From Cyanophora paradoxa CCMP329 (taxonomy: Eukaryota > Plantae > Glaucophyta), in NCBI GenBank assembly GCA_004431415.1, contig QPMI01000432.1, forward strand, positions 372,001 through 436,000: a stretch of DNA of 64,000 bases. Direction: 5' to 3'. The notes beneath the pieces were generated by a model. That model was not told where the DNA came from and searched no databases. It saw only the letters and a list, made by a program, of their open reading frames with translations. This document shows positions 36,401 to 48,452 of the stretch, piece by piece. A program made the position numbers and the translations under genes. Position 1 is the stretch's first letter, and each line of letters begins with the position of its first letter.

Positions 36401-38042
36401 TGGAGTCGGCGTAGGCGTCGAGGGAGCGGAGGACGGCGTCGCCGCCCACGAGGATCTTCCGCCGCGCCTTCGCGAAGGCCTCGTGGCGCAGCCGCTCGAC
36501 CTCGAGCCAGGTGCGGGGCGCCGCCGCGGGGGGGTAGTCGCGCTCCAGAGCCGCCTCGAGGTCTCGGAGGACGGCCCCGCCGAGCTCGCCGATGCTCCCG
36601 AACTCGCGGCAGGCGGCCCCGGACTCGCCCACCTCCCGCTTCAGCGCCGCCAGCTGCCGCGCCGCGCTCGCACCCTGCAGCCCCGAGGCCGCCGGCGGCG
36701 TCGCCCCGCGCCCGCCGCCGCCGCCGCCCGAGCGCCGCAAGTAAAAGAACGAGCGCTTGAGGCCCGGGCGCGCCTGCGCCGCCCGCCGCCTTAGAAAAGG
36801 AAGCGAAAGGAGCGCAAAGGAGCGCTCGCCTTGGGCATGAGGGCGGCGAAGCGGGCCTCGATGTCCGTCACTGCGCGGTCCGCGAACTTGGCGATGGCGG
36901 GGAAGCGAGCCGCCGCCTCCTCGCGGGACGCGGCCCCGAAGACCTCCGCCTCCTCCGTCTCGACCGCCGCCGCCGCCGCCTCCATCGCCACCGCCGCCGC
37001 GCCCGAGCCGCGGAGCGGCGGGAGCGCCACGCGCGCGTTGCCGCCGAGGCCACCGCCCGACGACGTGCGGCGCAGCGGCGCGGAGGACGCGGAGGAGGAG
37101 GAAGGGCCGGCGGAGGGCGCATCGGGCCCGTCGGGCCCCTCCTCCTCGTCGTCGGGGCGCGGGAGCGAGCCGTCGCCGAGGAGGCAGACGAAGTACTGCG
37201 CGCGCTCGACCTCGGAGAGCGCCGCCTCCAGCAGCGCCCCGCTCTCCAGCTCCTGCTCGCTCACGCCCAGGCGCAGGTCGCACGGCCTGCTCGCGAGGGG
37301 CGCGCCGGCCCGTCAGCCGCAGAGGCGGGCGTGGGAAGGAAGAGGAGAGGGAGCGCACGCGAAGTAGAGGCCGCGGGCGGCGGCGAGGCGCTGGAGCTTC
37401 GGGTAGAGGAAGCGGCGCAGCTCCACGCGCTCCCGCTGGAACTCGGCGTGGCTGCTCGAGAAGTAGACCCGCAGCGTGCGGTCCAGCGGGAACGCCGCCC
37501 GCGGCTCCTTCGCCTCCGCCCCTGGCACCGGGCTGCTCCGCGCGGGGCTCGTGTGCGGCGAAGAGTTCGCGGAGCCGGCGCGTGACGACGGCCGCGATCC
37601 GCTCTTGGCCGGCGCGCTCCCGTCCAGGCCCGTCGCGGGGGCCGTCGGCGGAGTCTGCGCACCGTCAGGAAAGCGCTTCCTTGCTCGCCAAAAGCAAGCC
37701 AACGGACCTGGCCGCGGTCCCGGATGGCCAGGTTGCTCGCGTCGCCAGGGCCCTCGAGGACGATCAGCCTCCCTTCGGCGGGCTTGGAGCGCGACGTGAC
37801 AACGGCGCTGGGCGGCCGCGGCGGCCGCTGAGATGACGAGGCCGACGGTGCCTCCTCAAGCTTCTTTTCCTTGAAGCCCGAGACCGCCGCCTTGCCGCCT
37901 GTCCGCCCAAATTAGCTTCGGCCGCTTGGTGCGGGCCGCGCAGCTCGGCGGCGCGCGCCGCCTGGGCTCTTAAAGCGGCAGGGATAGCACCATTAGGATC
38001 TTCCACGTGCACACGCGCGCCCACAGCGCAAGCCGCGCCCAT
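33414..38042 (-). CDS. NPHP3/TEP1-like DUF4062 - P-loop NTPase - TPR protein
   Basis: LRVYFSSSHAEFQRERVELRRFLYPKLQ...DLRLGV (DUF4062-like); Walker A VTGEPGSGKS; Walker B LILAIDGLDE; kinesin-light-chain-type TPRs (LGEQHEETASSL, LSKDHPRVA); start MGAAC inferred. Confidence 0.82.
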
Positions 38043-38304
38043 CTTGCGAGATGCGCCAGAAAGGGTGCGGTTGCAAGGACTAGTTGAGAGGGTCGGAGAC
38101 TCGCAGCAACCGGCTGGAGTTGTCAGTCGATGCTAGCGCTCCCTACCGAGCACACTCGCGGCTGTCGGCCGTGAACCCAACCGACGCACACAACGTTAAT
38201 TTAGATGCGGCAAGTCTTCTTCTCGTACCCCGGCCGAGCGAGTCCCCCCAAAACTTGCTCGAGCTCGTGCTAGGAACGTGCCTCCGCTACGCAAGCGCAG
38301 CGCG

Positions 38305-40161
38305 ATGCTCTCGGTGTCGATGCGCCCCGCCGATGTGGCGTGGTCCTTGCTCAACGTCGCGGCCAGCTTCGTGTTTTTCCTTCCCGGCCTTCTGATCGAC
38401 GTCCTCCTCGATCTGCTCTACAGGCGGCGCATCGATCCCACGGGGAAGGCGGTGCTCATTACCGGCGCCTCGCGAGGTGCCAGAGCCGCGCCAGGTCGGC
38501 GCGTACGCAGGTCCCGACCTTCAGCGCGCGCAGGAATCGGGGAACGAATGGCGCTCGATCTGGCTCAGCTCGGATTTCACGGCGTGCCTGCGCGGGCCCG
38601 CTGCTGCGCCTGCGCATGCCTGCGTTGACGAGTCAAATTGCGCTCACCTCCGGATCTATGAGCCATAACTTGCTACAGCATTCCAACCAGCAAATGCATC
38701 TGGATAATCTGGAATTCTACGCAGTGATCGGCACGGCGGAGAGCTTGGAGGACGGCGATGAGATACGGCGGCTCTCTGAGCGCCTCCAATCATCCATGTC
38801 CGGCCAAGTGGGTGAGCCTGCCTCCTTTCTCCGGCTCACGCTCCTAATCGGCGTCGCTCGCAGACGTCATAGTGATGGACACGCGGTCGGACCAGAGCGT
38901 GCAGGACGCGAAGAGAATCGTGGAGGACATCGTGGGCGACAACGGGCTGTACGCCGTGTGCGCCGCCGCCCCGCCCGCTCCGACGCCCGTCGCCCTCAGC
39001 CTGCTGACGCGTGCGACGTGCGCGCAGGGTCAACAACGCAGCTGTGCAGGTCCGCGGCCCTCGGAGCGTATCCGCGTGCGCGTTACGCCTCGCGCCTGCA
39101 ACGTCGGCTCCGCAGCGCTGGGGCGCCGCCGAAGGGGACGACATCGCCGCCTGCCGGGACCTCTTCGAGGTGCACCGCGAGCCGCGGGCCTCGGAGCCGC
39201 GCGCGCGACCGGCAACATCGCCGCCGCGCGCGCAGACGAACTTTTGGGGATACGTGCGCGTGACGCGGGCGTTCCTGCCGCTGCTGCGGAAGAACCGGGC
39301 GGCGGCGCGGCACGTCGTCTTCATGAGCTCCGTCGAGGCGTTCCTCCACCAGCCGGGGTGACCGCGCGCGCGCTCCGCAGACGAAGAAGAACGTTCCCCG
39401 GCGCTCGCCCTCTCGTTTCCCCGACTCCGCTCTCTCGCGCGCGCGGGCGCGCAGCTGGGGCTTCTACTCGGCGAGCAAGGCGGCGGTGGAGGCGTGGGCG
39501 GACGCCCTCCGCCGCGAGGTCTCCCGCCTCGGCATCCGCGTCCGCCCTCCTCGCCTCGGCCCGCCCCGCATTCCCGGCCCGAGGCCCGCCCCCGCGCAGG
39601 TCAGCCTCGTCAGGCCCGGCTTCACCGCCACCCGCATGGCCCGCCTGCCCGCCCGCCTGCCGCCCCGCGCGGATCAAATTAAATTCGATCCCGCAATTAG
39701 ATCTGGGGCCAGCTGGCTGCGCTGGACACGGTGCAGAAGGAGGTCGCCTCGGGCAAGCCGACCGCCCCCGTCGCCGGTGACACCGCCAAGTACAAGGGTC
39801 CGCCCCGATTCGATCCGCTCCGATCCAATCCGATTCGATTTGATCGGGTTGAAGGGCTGGAGCCCTCGGTGGTGATGGCCTACTCCGACCTGGAACGTGA
39901 CCTCATCCGCAACTTCCAGGGGCCCGGTGCGCGTACCCCCCGCCGCGCCCCCGTCCCGAACCCCTCCTGAAGGCTGGCTTACTCGCAGGGGCGCGCTTCC
40001 TGCGGGCGGACCCGCGGGTTCCCGTGGCGGCGGTTGTGGACGCGCTGCTCCACACGCGGCCGCGCCCGCGCTACGAGACGGGCCTCGACGCCCGCATCAT
40101 GGCCGCCGCCTCCCGCGCCCCGGACGCCCTCCAGGACACTTACTTCCGCGCCCTCATCTGA
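38305..40161 (+). CDS. Membrane-anchored short-chain dehydrogenase/reductase (retinol/hydroxysteroid dehydrogenase-like)
   Basis: Hydrophobic N-terminus, [63 protein letters not shown]. Confidence 0.88.
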
Positions 40162-40313
40162 GCCGCCGGCGCCCCAGCCCGCTCACCTGAGCACGCCCCG
40201 CCTCCTTCCCGGGCCCCGGCCCGGCGGGCCCCGCGTCACACTTCACTCAGGCTTGGTAAATGTGCTGTACAGAGAAAGGACAAAGAGAGGGCCGCTGCGG
40301 CCTGGCTTCGGCG

Positions 40314-41136
40314 CTACCAGTCGCCGGTGATCTTCGTGTCGACATTCGCGTAGTTTGGGTTCAGCGACTGCTCCTGCGGCGGAAAAGTCAGCTCAAACGG
40401 GCAGCTCCGGGGTTGGGGCGGGGGTCGGGGCCGGGGCGTGGGAGTGGGCGAGCCTGGTAGTACTCGGAGGTGGTTTCGGTGTGGACGACGTTGCCCAGCT
40501 TCTCCTCGATCTCCCTCGTGACCTCCGCGCACGAGCGGCCCACGATCCCCGTCACCTGCGAATGGGACTCGCCGAGTCGGCCGCGGAAGTCGATAGGGGC
40601 GCGCCGGCCGCGCCGCGCCGGCGGCGCGGCGACGTCCCCGTCGCACCTTCTCCTCGACGCGGCCATCCGGGTGGATGATGAACCTGCGCCCGCTTCAGAC
40701 CGGGCCGCGCGGCGACGCCCGCCGCGACGCCGGCGCACTCGAGGGTCTCGATCTTGTTCACGCTGCCGTTGTCGCCGCTGCTGGAGCTGCTCCAGCTGCT
40801 CTCGCTCGACGAAGAGCTACTGGAGTTGCTCCATTCGCTGCGCCCGGTGCCCTGCAGCTAAGCCGCTGCGGCCACGTGCAACATGCATTGCTGGCGGCGG
40901 CGCCAACGGGCGCACCTGCTGCCGAAGACGGTGAAAGGCACACCTGCCTCAAAGCGGACGCAAGGGCCTGCCGCGGCGCCGTCAACGCGGACCGGGGGAT
41001 GGCCAATCATGTACGCACGGGTCTGGCGCGTTGACCGGTTGAGATTGCCGCCGACGTTCACTCGACGCGCAACGATGAGCGGCGACGCCTGGGTGCGCCC
41101 AGGGAGGCTGCAGGGGGCGAGGAACGCGGCCGACAT
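40314..41136 (-). CDS. Plastid-targeted DUF2997 protein of cyanobacterial type
   Basis: MSAAF presequence; ETLE|FIIHPDGRVEEK|VTGIVGRSCAEVTREIEEKLGNVVHTETTSEYYQ. Confidence 0.8.
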
Positions 41137-41283
41137 CGTTGCGGCTGTACCCGTCCCGTCCTGCAAAATAGCTTCCGTAGTTCCCGAAACCCACCCTAGC
41201 ACGCAGCCTGCTACTCTTTTAGCACTCGCCCCGACCCAGCCAGCGCGCACCGCCGATCCGCCAGCGCTCCAGGGATCGGCCCA

Positions 41284-42422
41284 ATGGAAAGCCCGGAGCC
41301 GGCGCCGGGGGATCTAAGGAGAGCCAAGAGCGTGCAGGAGCTAGCACAAGACTTCTTGAACGAGCAGAAGAGACGCACCCGAAAGCACCGACACAAGCAC
41401 CACAAGAGCAGGGGCCCCGGGCTCAAGGGCCTGGTCTCGCCCACGCCGGACTACAAGCGTGACGTGCGCGAGCGCGGCGCTCTGCTTGTGTGCGGGGCGG
41501 CCTCAGCTGACGTCCCGGCGCAGGTCGCGTACCAGGTTCGCGGATGCGCTGGCACGGGGCACTTAGCTGGGCGCCCGCGGGGCCCCGGCCCGCCCCCGCG
41601 CGGCTCTTTCTCGTCCCGTCATCATCGATATCGCGCAAGACAGCGCCTTTGACGCTCGGGGCGGCGGCAGATCTCGAGGTACAGGAGTGACGGGGGCGTG
41701 CCCTACCAATCGGCGGCGGCGCGCGGGTTCGGGGAGCTCGAGCGCTCCCTCAGCAGGACGCTGCCCGAGGTCGAGGTTCGGTACCGGCGCGAGGAGATGC
41801 AGAGTGCGGCTACGCCCCCCCGCCTCCCCCGCCTGGCCCTGCGATGCGATCCGCTAAGCGGCGGCCGGCCGGGGCAGACGTCATCATGTCGAAGGTGGGG
41901 AGCGGCCACTGGAACAAGGACGCCGACGTGGTCGCTGCGATTCAAGGGAAGTCGCCGACCCGCGAGGACATCCTCGCCAGCGTCGCCACCATGCGGCGCG
42001 CCGGCGCCGGCCCTCCCGCCTTGCATTGCAATTGCAAGCCCGCCTTACACCTCGTCCTCCAGGGCCGAGCGGCTGTCGAGGGCAACCAAATCGCTACCGA
42101 AGCTCCCCTACGTCCACATCGGCGACGGCGGGGGGATGACCATGGACTCGTGCGCCCCCGCCCGCGGCCCGCCCGCCCCGCCCCCGCCCACCTGAGCTGC
42201 CCCCGGCCCCGCAGGTTCCGGGGGTACATGCCGAAGGTGCCGAAGGTGTACAAGGACACGATCCGGGAGCTCTCGAAGGAGGTCGAGATCCCCCACGCGA
42301 ACCAGTCACTCGTCGGGGAGGGCTTCGCCCGCACAGCGTACGGTACGTCCCGCCCCATCAGGGGCCAGGGCGCAGCCCGTCCCGCAGCTGAAGCCCGCCC
42401 AGGTGGTGTGTACGTGCGCTGA
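41284..42422 (+). CDS. Hypothetical protein (multi-exon)
   Basis: Codon-biased exons with consensus splice sites (KSVQELAQDFL, SGHWNKDADVV, FRGYMPKVPK, GFARTAY|GGVYVR*); no family recognised. Confidence 0.6.
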
Positions 42423-42828
42423 ACCGGCTCCCCAGCCCACTGCACCCACCCATGCCCTGGACCTAATTAGACCTTGGAGCTGGCCCCTTGTCCAGCTTGG
42501 CCAGCACGTCGAATCCCACACTCGCATGTACATAATCGTACATGAGACGCTCTTCTGATACAGCCTACGTTTTGCAGTCGACTGCACATCACTACGAGCC
42601 TAAGTGCACTTAGGAACTCTAAGCGCGCGGCTGCCATGCCCTGGGGACCCGCCATGCAAGTGGCGCCCCGCCTGTTGCCCGGCCCTGTGTCAGTAAGAGC
42701 TCGCCGCAAGCGTTAGCAGCGCGTAAGCGTTCGTCGCCGCCGCCGCCGACGCCGGTTGCAATTGAGTGCGCGCCACCGCCGTCGCCGCGCCGTCGGGCCC
42801 GGGGGATGGCATGCTGTTCAGGCCCAAC

Positions 42829-43226
42829 TTCTGGGTCCTTCGCTCACGCTGCTCACCGCAGACTTGGGACCGACTCAGCGCGTTGTGCGCCGCCGCCGCC
42901 GCGCCGCCGGGGATGTTCTGGGTCCTTCGCTCGCGCTGCTTCTGCATCGTCTGCGTCGGCATAGCTAAGTCTTCTCCTGCGATACATGGCTGCAGGCAGG
43001 CTGCAGGCTGGAAGCTTCTGGGCGGGCTGGCCGCCCTGGCCTCAGATCCCGGCGGCCAGTCCTTCGCTCGCGCTGCTTCGGATCGGAACGGCTCGAGGGA
43101 CTAGAGACTTCCCGAATTCGAGCCGCCGCCGGTTGTGCGCCGCCGCCACCGCGCCGACGAGCTTCTAGCAGCTGCTCCGGCCGCGCATACGCTCCTTCGT
43201 CCGTCGCTCGCGCTGCTCGCCGCAGA
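42829..43226. repeat. Four dispersed copies of an approximately 20-35 bp motif gtccttcgctc(g/a)cgctgct
   Basis: Copies near 42829, 42916, 43059 and 43199. Confidence 0.75.
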
Positions 43227-43551
43227 TAGTTCGGCCGTGCTTTTGGCCATGCTCTGGCAGCTCTGCTGATTTTGCTTTTCTCGGCTTGGCTCGCGAGACT
43301 TCGATTCTAGACGACTCAGACGACTCTGAGACGAGCTCCGTGGGGGTAGGGCTCCCTTCGTTCGCGATGGGCAATTTGACGCACTGAAATCCGGGGTACG
43401 GCCACGATTGCGTTTGAGGCCTGCGGGGTTAACGTCACGGTTCCTCTTACCTCCCCCGCGCGCGCCCAGCACGCGCATTCTTGCAGTTGTCTTCTGCCTC
43501 CTGCCTTCTGCAGTTCTGCTCGCCTCGCCTCCCGCCGACCCAAAGACAACA

Positions 43552-44437
43552 ATGGCCGCCCTCTTCAAGGCTTTCGTCAAGGGTGCGCCGCGCCTCCGTC
43601 GCCGAATCCGCCCGCCTCCGCCGTCTCTTTCCGATAAGATCAGCCCTATCCGCGCGGCCCGCGCGCAACTCCCGCCGGCCGTCAGCCGCGCCATCGCCGC
43701 CGCAGCGGCCGCCGGCGGCGTCGGCATCTAGATCGCGCAAGCGCGGGCCGCCGGCCGTGCAAGTGGACTTTTCCGCGCGCACCTCGCAACCAAGCGCCGA
43801 CCTCACTAGGCCTTACAGCTGCCGCCACTCCCGAACTGGCACACCACCTAGCGCACGCGCGCGAGCGACCGCCGATGGCGGACGCTGATCGCGAGTTTCT
43901 TGCGATGCGCAGACGTCGCTCACGCGCCGGAGCTCGTCCCCCTCATCATCCCCGTTGCCCTCGCCTCGGGCATCGGCACCTACGTCGCCCTCCGCAAGGT
44001 CACCGGCTCCGAGGCGAACGACATCTCGGTCCGCCCGCCCGCCCGCCGCTCTTTGCTTCACGAATCGCAACCGTCTAACGCGCGTGCGCCCGCAGTTCAC
44101 CAAGGACATGCAGTTCGCCAACAACCAGTACGCCCACATCGCCCCCAGTGCGTCCTTCCCTCCCGCCCCTCGCGCGATCCCGACCTTGGTCGATTCGGCG
44201 GCGCTGACGGTCTTCTCCCCTTGCAGTGAAGGAGCTGCGCGGCTACTCGGGCCGCTGGTTCGGCATCATGTCCTCCATCCCCGAGGTGCGAACGAAGCGC
44301 GGCGGCCCGCGCCTTCGATTCGATCTGAGCTGATCTGAGCTCACTCGCCCCGCGCCCCGCAGGAGTTCCAGGAGGAGAACATGGCCAAGCTCCGTGCCGA
44401 GGCCGCGGCCAAGCGCGCCGCCAAGGCGAACCTGTAA
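43552..44437 (+). CDS. B12D/NDUFA4 (MLRQ)-like small mitochondrial membrane protein
   Basis: MAALFKAFVK|...APELVPLIIPVALASGIGTYVALRK...NDIS|FTK; PELxPL motif followed by one transmembrane helix. Confidence 0.65.
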
Positions 44438-45521
44438 GCTCTGGCAGGCCTGGCCTTTCCAAACCCCTTTCGTATTTCAGCTGCAGCAGTGCCCAGCACC
44501 AGCGCCACGTGCGCTCGGCTTCTTTCCTAGGCCTTTCCTCAGCCAGCGTCGACGTCCGGCCTGGCAGCAGTCCAGTTCAGCATCAGTTGCGATGCCGCCG
44601 TGATTCATGATCGTCAGTGCAGTAGGGTTGAGTTTGGAGTCAACCGTTCCTTGAAATCTAGATGTTCGCAGGCCTAGACTCATCAGATTTTGAGACTCGA
44701 GAGAGTAGAGTAGAGTAGTTTCCAGAATTTCTAGGCTGGTTTCATTCAATGGTTAGGAAAGACCATCGGAAGCTTAGAAGCTAGCATCGAAGCAGAGGAG
44801 GTCAATGTCAACGAGTCGCAGTCTTTAATTATAATGTAATTCAAAAAAGATTCGTAACCTCGCATGGCCCAGTGGCGGTCTAGACTCGGAGATCTGGGGC
44901 CCGGGGTCGCCGAGTCGCGACCGAGTCTGACGCCGGCGCCGTGTGACGGCTGCATAGCGGTGCGGAGCGAGTACGTATACACGAGTACTGCAGCCGTCAG
45001 ACCGACGGACTCCGGGATGCACGGTCGCGACCGAGCTCGAGTCATGCATGATCATGATCGGGATGATCAGCTGCAGTGGCGCCGCCTCGCCGAGTCGATC
45101 GAGCTCGTCCCCCGCCGCTTTCTGTATCATGATATCTAGATCTAGAGCCCGATCGCGATCGCGATTCCGAGTCTCGAGCTCGGAGTTCTCCGCGGGGTCG
45201 AGGGGCCGGGCGCCGGGGCCGGCTCCTGCGTGTCCGCGCCTCAGAACAGCGAATTCGAATTCAATGATTGCCAGTCATCATCGAGTCATCAGGCTGGAAC
45301 TTCAAGGCTTGAATTCGAATGCGAAGCCCTGGCCCGGCGGCGCCGGGGTTTTGCGAGCCTCGGAGCTCGAGCCAGCCTACTATGCTAGCCAGACTTTGAG
45401 ATGTATACGTTCAGCCTAAGGGCCTCAGGGCCTCAGGGCCTCATGATCATGATCCGATGATCAGGCCGCCGGGCCCTGATTATGAGGCCTAGGGCCCCGC
45501 CTATAGCTACCAGGGGTCTTC

Positions 45522-48060
45522 TTAGGCCTCGTCTTCCGAGCTGCTTATGGCATATGCATGGCCATGGCCTTGATGCCGGGCGAACCGGGACACTGGGACG
45601 CAGTCGACGCATGCGCACACACCCCGCGCCTCCAGCCCCCGCAGCAGGCGCGGCCCCGCCGCCTCCGGATCCCCGTCGCCCGCAAGAATTCTGCAGAGAG
45701 TTGCATTGGTATCGGGAGGCAAAGGGGGGCGGGAGGGGTACGTGGGGGCGTACTTCTCGAGCTAGTCAGCGCCGCCCGGCCGAACGCCGCGCCACGTCAG
45801 CAAAAGCCTCTCCAGAGGCTCAGGGGGTCAGGCGGCACCGTACCCCGATGCAATCGTGGGCGACGAACTTCTGGAGGGCGGGAAGGGTGGCGACAAGGCC
45901 GAGGAGGCTGGCGGCGTCCGCTTCCTCGAACCAGCAGTCCCTTAGGGAGAGGGAGCGGAGTGCGGGGGCCGAGCCGGAGGCGCGCAGGGCTCCCAGCAGG
46001 CGCCCCGCGTCTTCCATAGAAGCCAGCGAGAGCTGCGGCGGATTTCAGGTCGGGTTGAGCGTGGAAGTTGGCGGATCGGAGATAGGCGCACCCTCTCGAG
46101 GCGGGCGCCGGCGGGGGAGGCGAGGGCGGCGGCCCACCAGCCGGATGGTGCGCGGAGGGCGCGGAGGGCGCGGAGGGCGGGGAAGGGTTCCCCGCCCCAC
46201 GAGCCCTCGCAATCAGTCATCGCGGCGCTGCCGTCGTCTCAGCCGCACGGCCGGCGCAGGGAAAGGGGAGAAGAGGGGGGGAGAGTTGGGCGCGGGCGTG
46301 TACCCTTCCCCACACTGCGGGCCCCGCGACCGGGTCGACAGAAGGTCGAAGGGCGCGAGATCTAGAGGGGTACGACGGCACCTCGTCGTCGCGAACGATG
46401 GAGAGGGTCTCGAGGGCGGGAAGGCGGGCGAGGAGGTGGGCGAGGCGGGCGGGGCGGGGGGCGTCGGCCGCGCCGGCGGCCGCGGGGCACCGCGCGAGGG
46501 AGAGGGCGCGCAGGGCGGGGGGCGGGCCGGAGGCGTGCAGGGCCTCCAGGAGGCGCTCCGCGTCGTCCAGCGAATCTAAAGAAAGCTGGAGGGGGGGGGG
46601 GGGGGGGCTGTGAAAACGAGGGGGGAGGGGGGGGGGGGGGGGGGCGCCTCACCTCCTGAAGGGCGGCCCCCGCGGACGAGGCGAGGACGGCGACCCACCA
46701 GTCGGAGAGTGTGGAGGGCCCCTCGAGAGCGAGGGTGCGGAGGGCGGGGAAGGAGCCCTCGGGGGGCGGAGGGAGCTCGGGCCGCGCGGAAACCGGGTCA
46801 AAGGATCGGAGCACAAGGTCAGGCTCGATAGGGCCGGCAGGGCGGCGAGGGCCCGGGCCGAGTCCGGCGCGCCCGGCCCGGCGATCACTTCGTCTCCCAA
46901 GATGTAGAGGGTCGTGATGCTTGCGGCCGCCCCGCTCCGCTCCAGGCCGCCGAGGGCGACAGGGCGGGGCCGGGCTGTACGCATCGAAGGAGGCGCAGCT
47001 CGCGCAGGCCGGTTGAGGGGAACACGTCCCCCCAGCGGCCTGCCGCGCAGCGTGAGGGCGCGGGAGTGCGTGCGAGGGCGAAACGGGAGGCGCCACCGAT
47101 TGAGGAGATTTCCGACAGCTCGAGGGTACGAAGCGACGAGGCGCAGCGCCGAACGATTGCGCCGACCAGAGCCGCGGCTTCCTCGCTGACAGAGTCGCTG
47201 TTCGAATTCGAGCTCCACGAATCGACCTGCGAAGCGGTTCTCTGCGAAGTGGGCGGGCGGGCGGGGCGGGCGCGGCGTGCCCGGAAGCTTAAGAGTTCCA
47301 GATTGGGGGCGCCGGCCGGGACGGCGGCGAGGGCGTCGGAGCAGGCGCGGAGCTCGCCCACGGCGGTGGGGAGGAGGGATAGGAGGCGTAGAGAGACAAG
47401 GAAAGGCCAGCAGGGGAGGGCCGCCAGGAAGCGGGCCCCGTGCTGGGCTTCGGCGCCTCCCACCACCGTCACCTCGCGGAGGTTGGTGAGGCGCGGGGCG
47501 CGCTCCGCGAGGAACGCGTCGACGCCGCCGGGGCGCCCCGCCAGCCAGCGCTCGACGCTTGGGTCCCAGCCAGCGGACTCGAAGAGCGCGAGCGGCCCGC
47601 CCGCCGCGTCGATCTCCGCCTTGAACCGCTTGCAGACGGCGCGGAGCCCGTAGGCGTTGCGCAGCGCCGCGGACCAACGCGTACGGCAGCTGTATGCATT
47701 AGCGGCTTCGTCCGCACGAAGCTGCCGCCGCCCAGCTCCGCGTGAGACCGGGCTCGTAAGCACAGCCGCGGCCGCGGGCGCGCGCCGACCTCGCGCGAGA
47801 CGGCCCGCAGGATCTGCACGAGCAGCTCGTCGGCGAGCACAGCGAACCGCGAGGACTCGTCCTCGAGCTCCTGCGCGCACGATCGATTAGCGGCATGCAT
47901 ATGCTCACCCGCGGCCGGCCCTAGGCCTAGCAGGCCTCGCGCGGGCGCGCGAGAGCGCGCGCGCCCGCACCGCTGCCGCACGCTTCGAGTTCGCCGCGCC
48001 CTGGTCTTCGGCTCCGCTCGAGGCCGCGAGCTCGATGGCCCGCTTCCCGTTGCGCGCCAT
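45522..48060 (-). CDS. F-box-like / leucine-rich repeat protein (approximate model)
   Basis: FAVLADELLVQILRAV...LRAVCKRF F-box-like motif; LRR-like units FPALRTLALEG, LPALSSLTL, APALRSLSLRDC. Confidence 0.6.
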
Positions 48061-48452
48061 CCTCGCCTTAGCAAAACGCGCACGATATGCGTCGTCAGCT
48101 AAACCTCGTACATGTACATATGTTCGGCTCGCAGCCGGCCGACCAGCTGCTAGTCGCCTGGAGCTGCTAGGAGATCGCGGGTTCGACTCCCGGAACCCAG
48201 CAGACCAAGCAAGCTTCGGGGCTTAGCTACGCGCCCTCGGCTCTGCAGGGGGCGATCCACCCAGCAAGCTCTCGAAGGTGTTGTCCAGCGCGGCTTTTAG
48301 CGCTGCCTGCGTGTGCGGCGAGGGGCCACATGGCGGCAGGCGGTAGCGCGGCGGGTTCCAGCAGTTCAAGCAGATAGCCACCGTCTCAGCGCCGCCGTTG
48401 TACTCGGGCTAAGCGCTAGACGATTGAGGACTGAGTGCGGGGCCGAGCGGAG

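Noticed and set aside
42829-43226. CRISPR-like array
   Set aside because: Repeats are degenerate with irregular spacing, the context is eukaryotic, and there are no cas genes
43583-43912. snoRNA hosted in the long first intron of the B12D-like gene
   Set aside because: No box C (RTGATGA) with terminal stem and no clear H/ACA structure
48176-48193. tRNA-like T-arm / B-box (GGGTTCGACTCCCG)
   Set aside because: No D-arm, anticodon arm or acceptor stem can be built around it; at most an isolated B-box or a chance match
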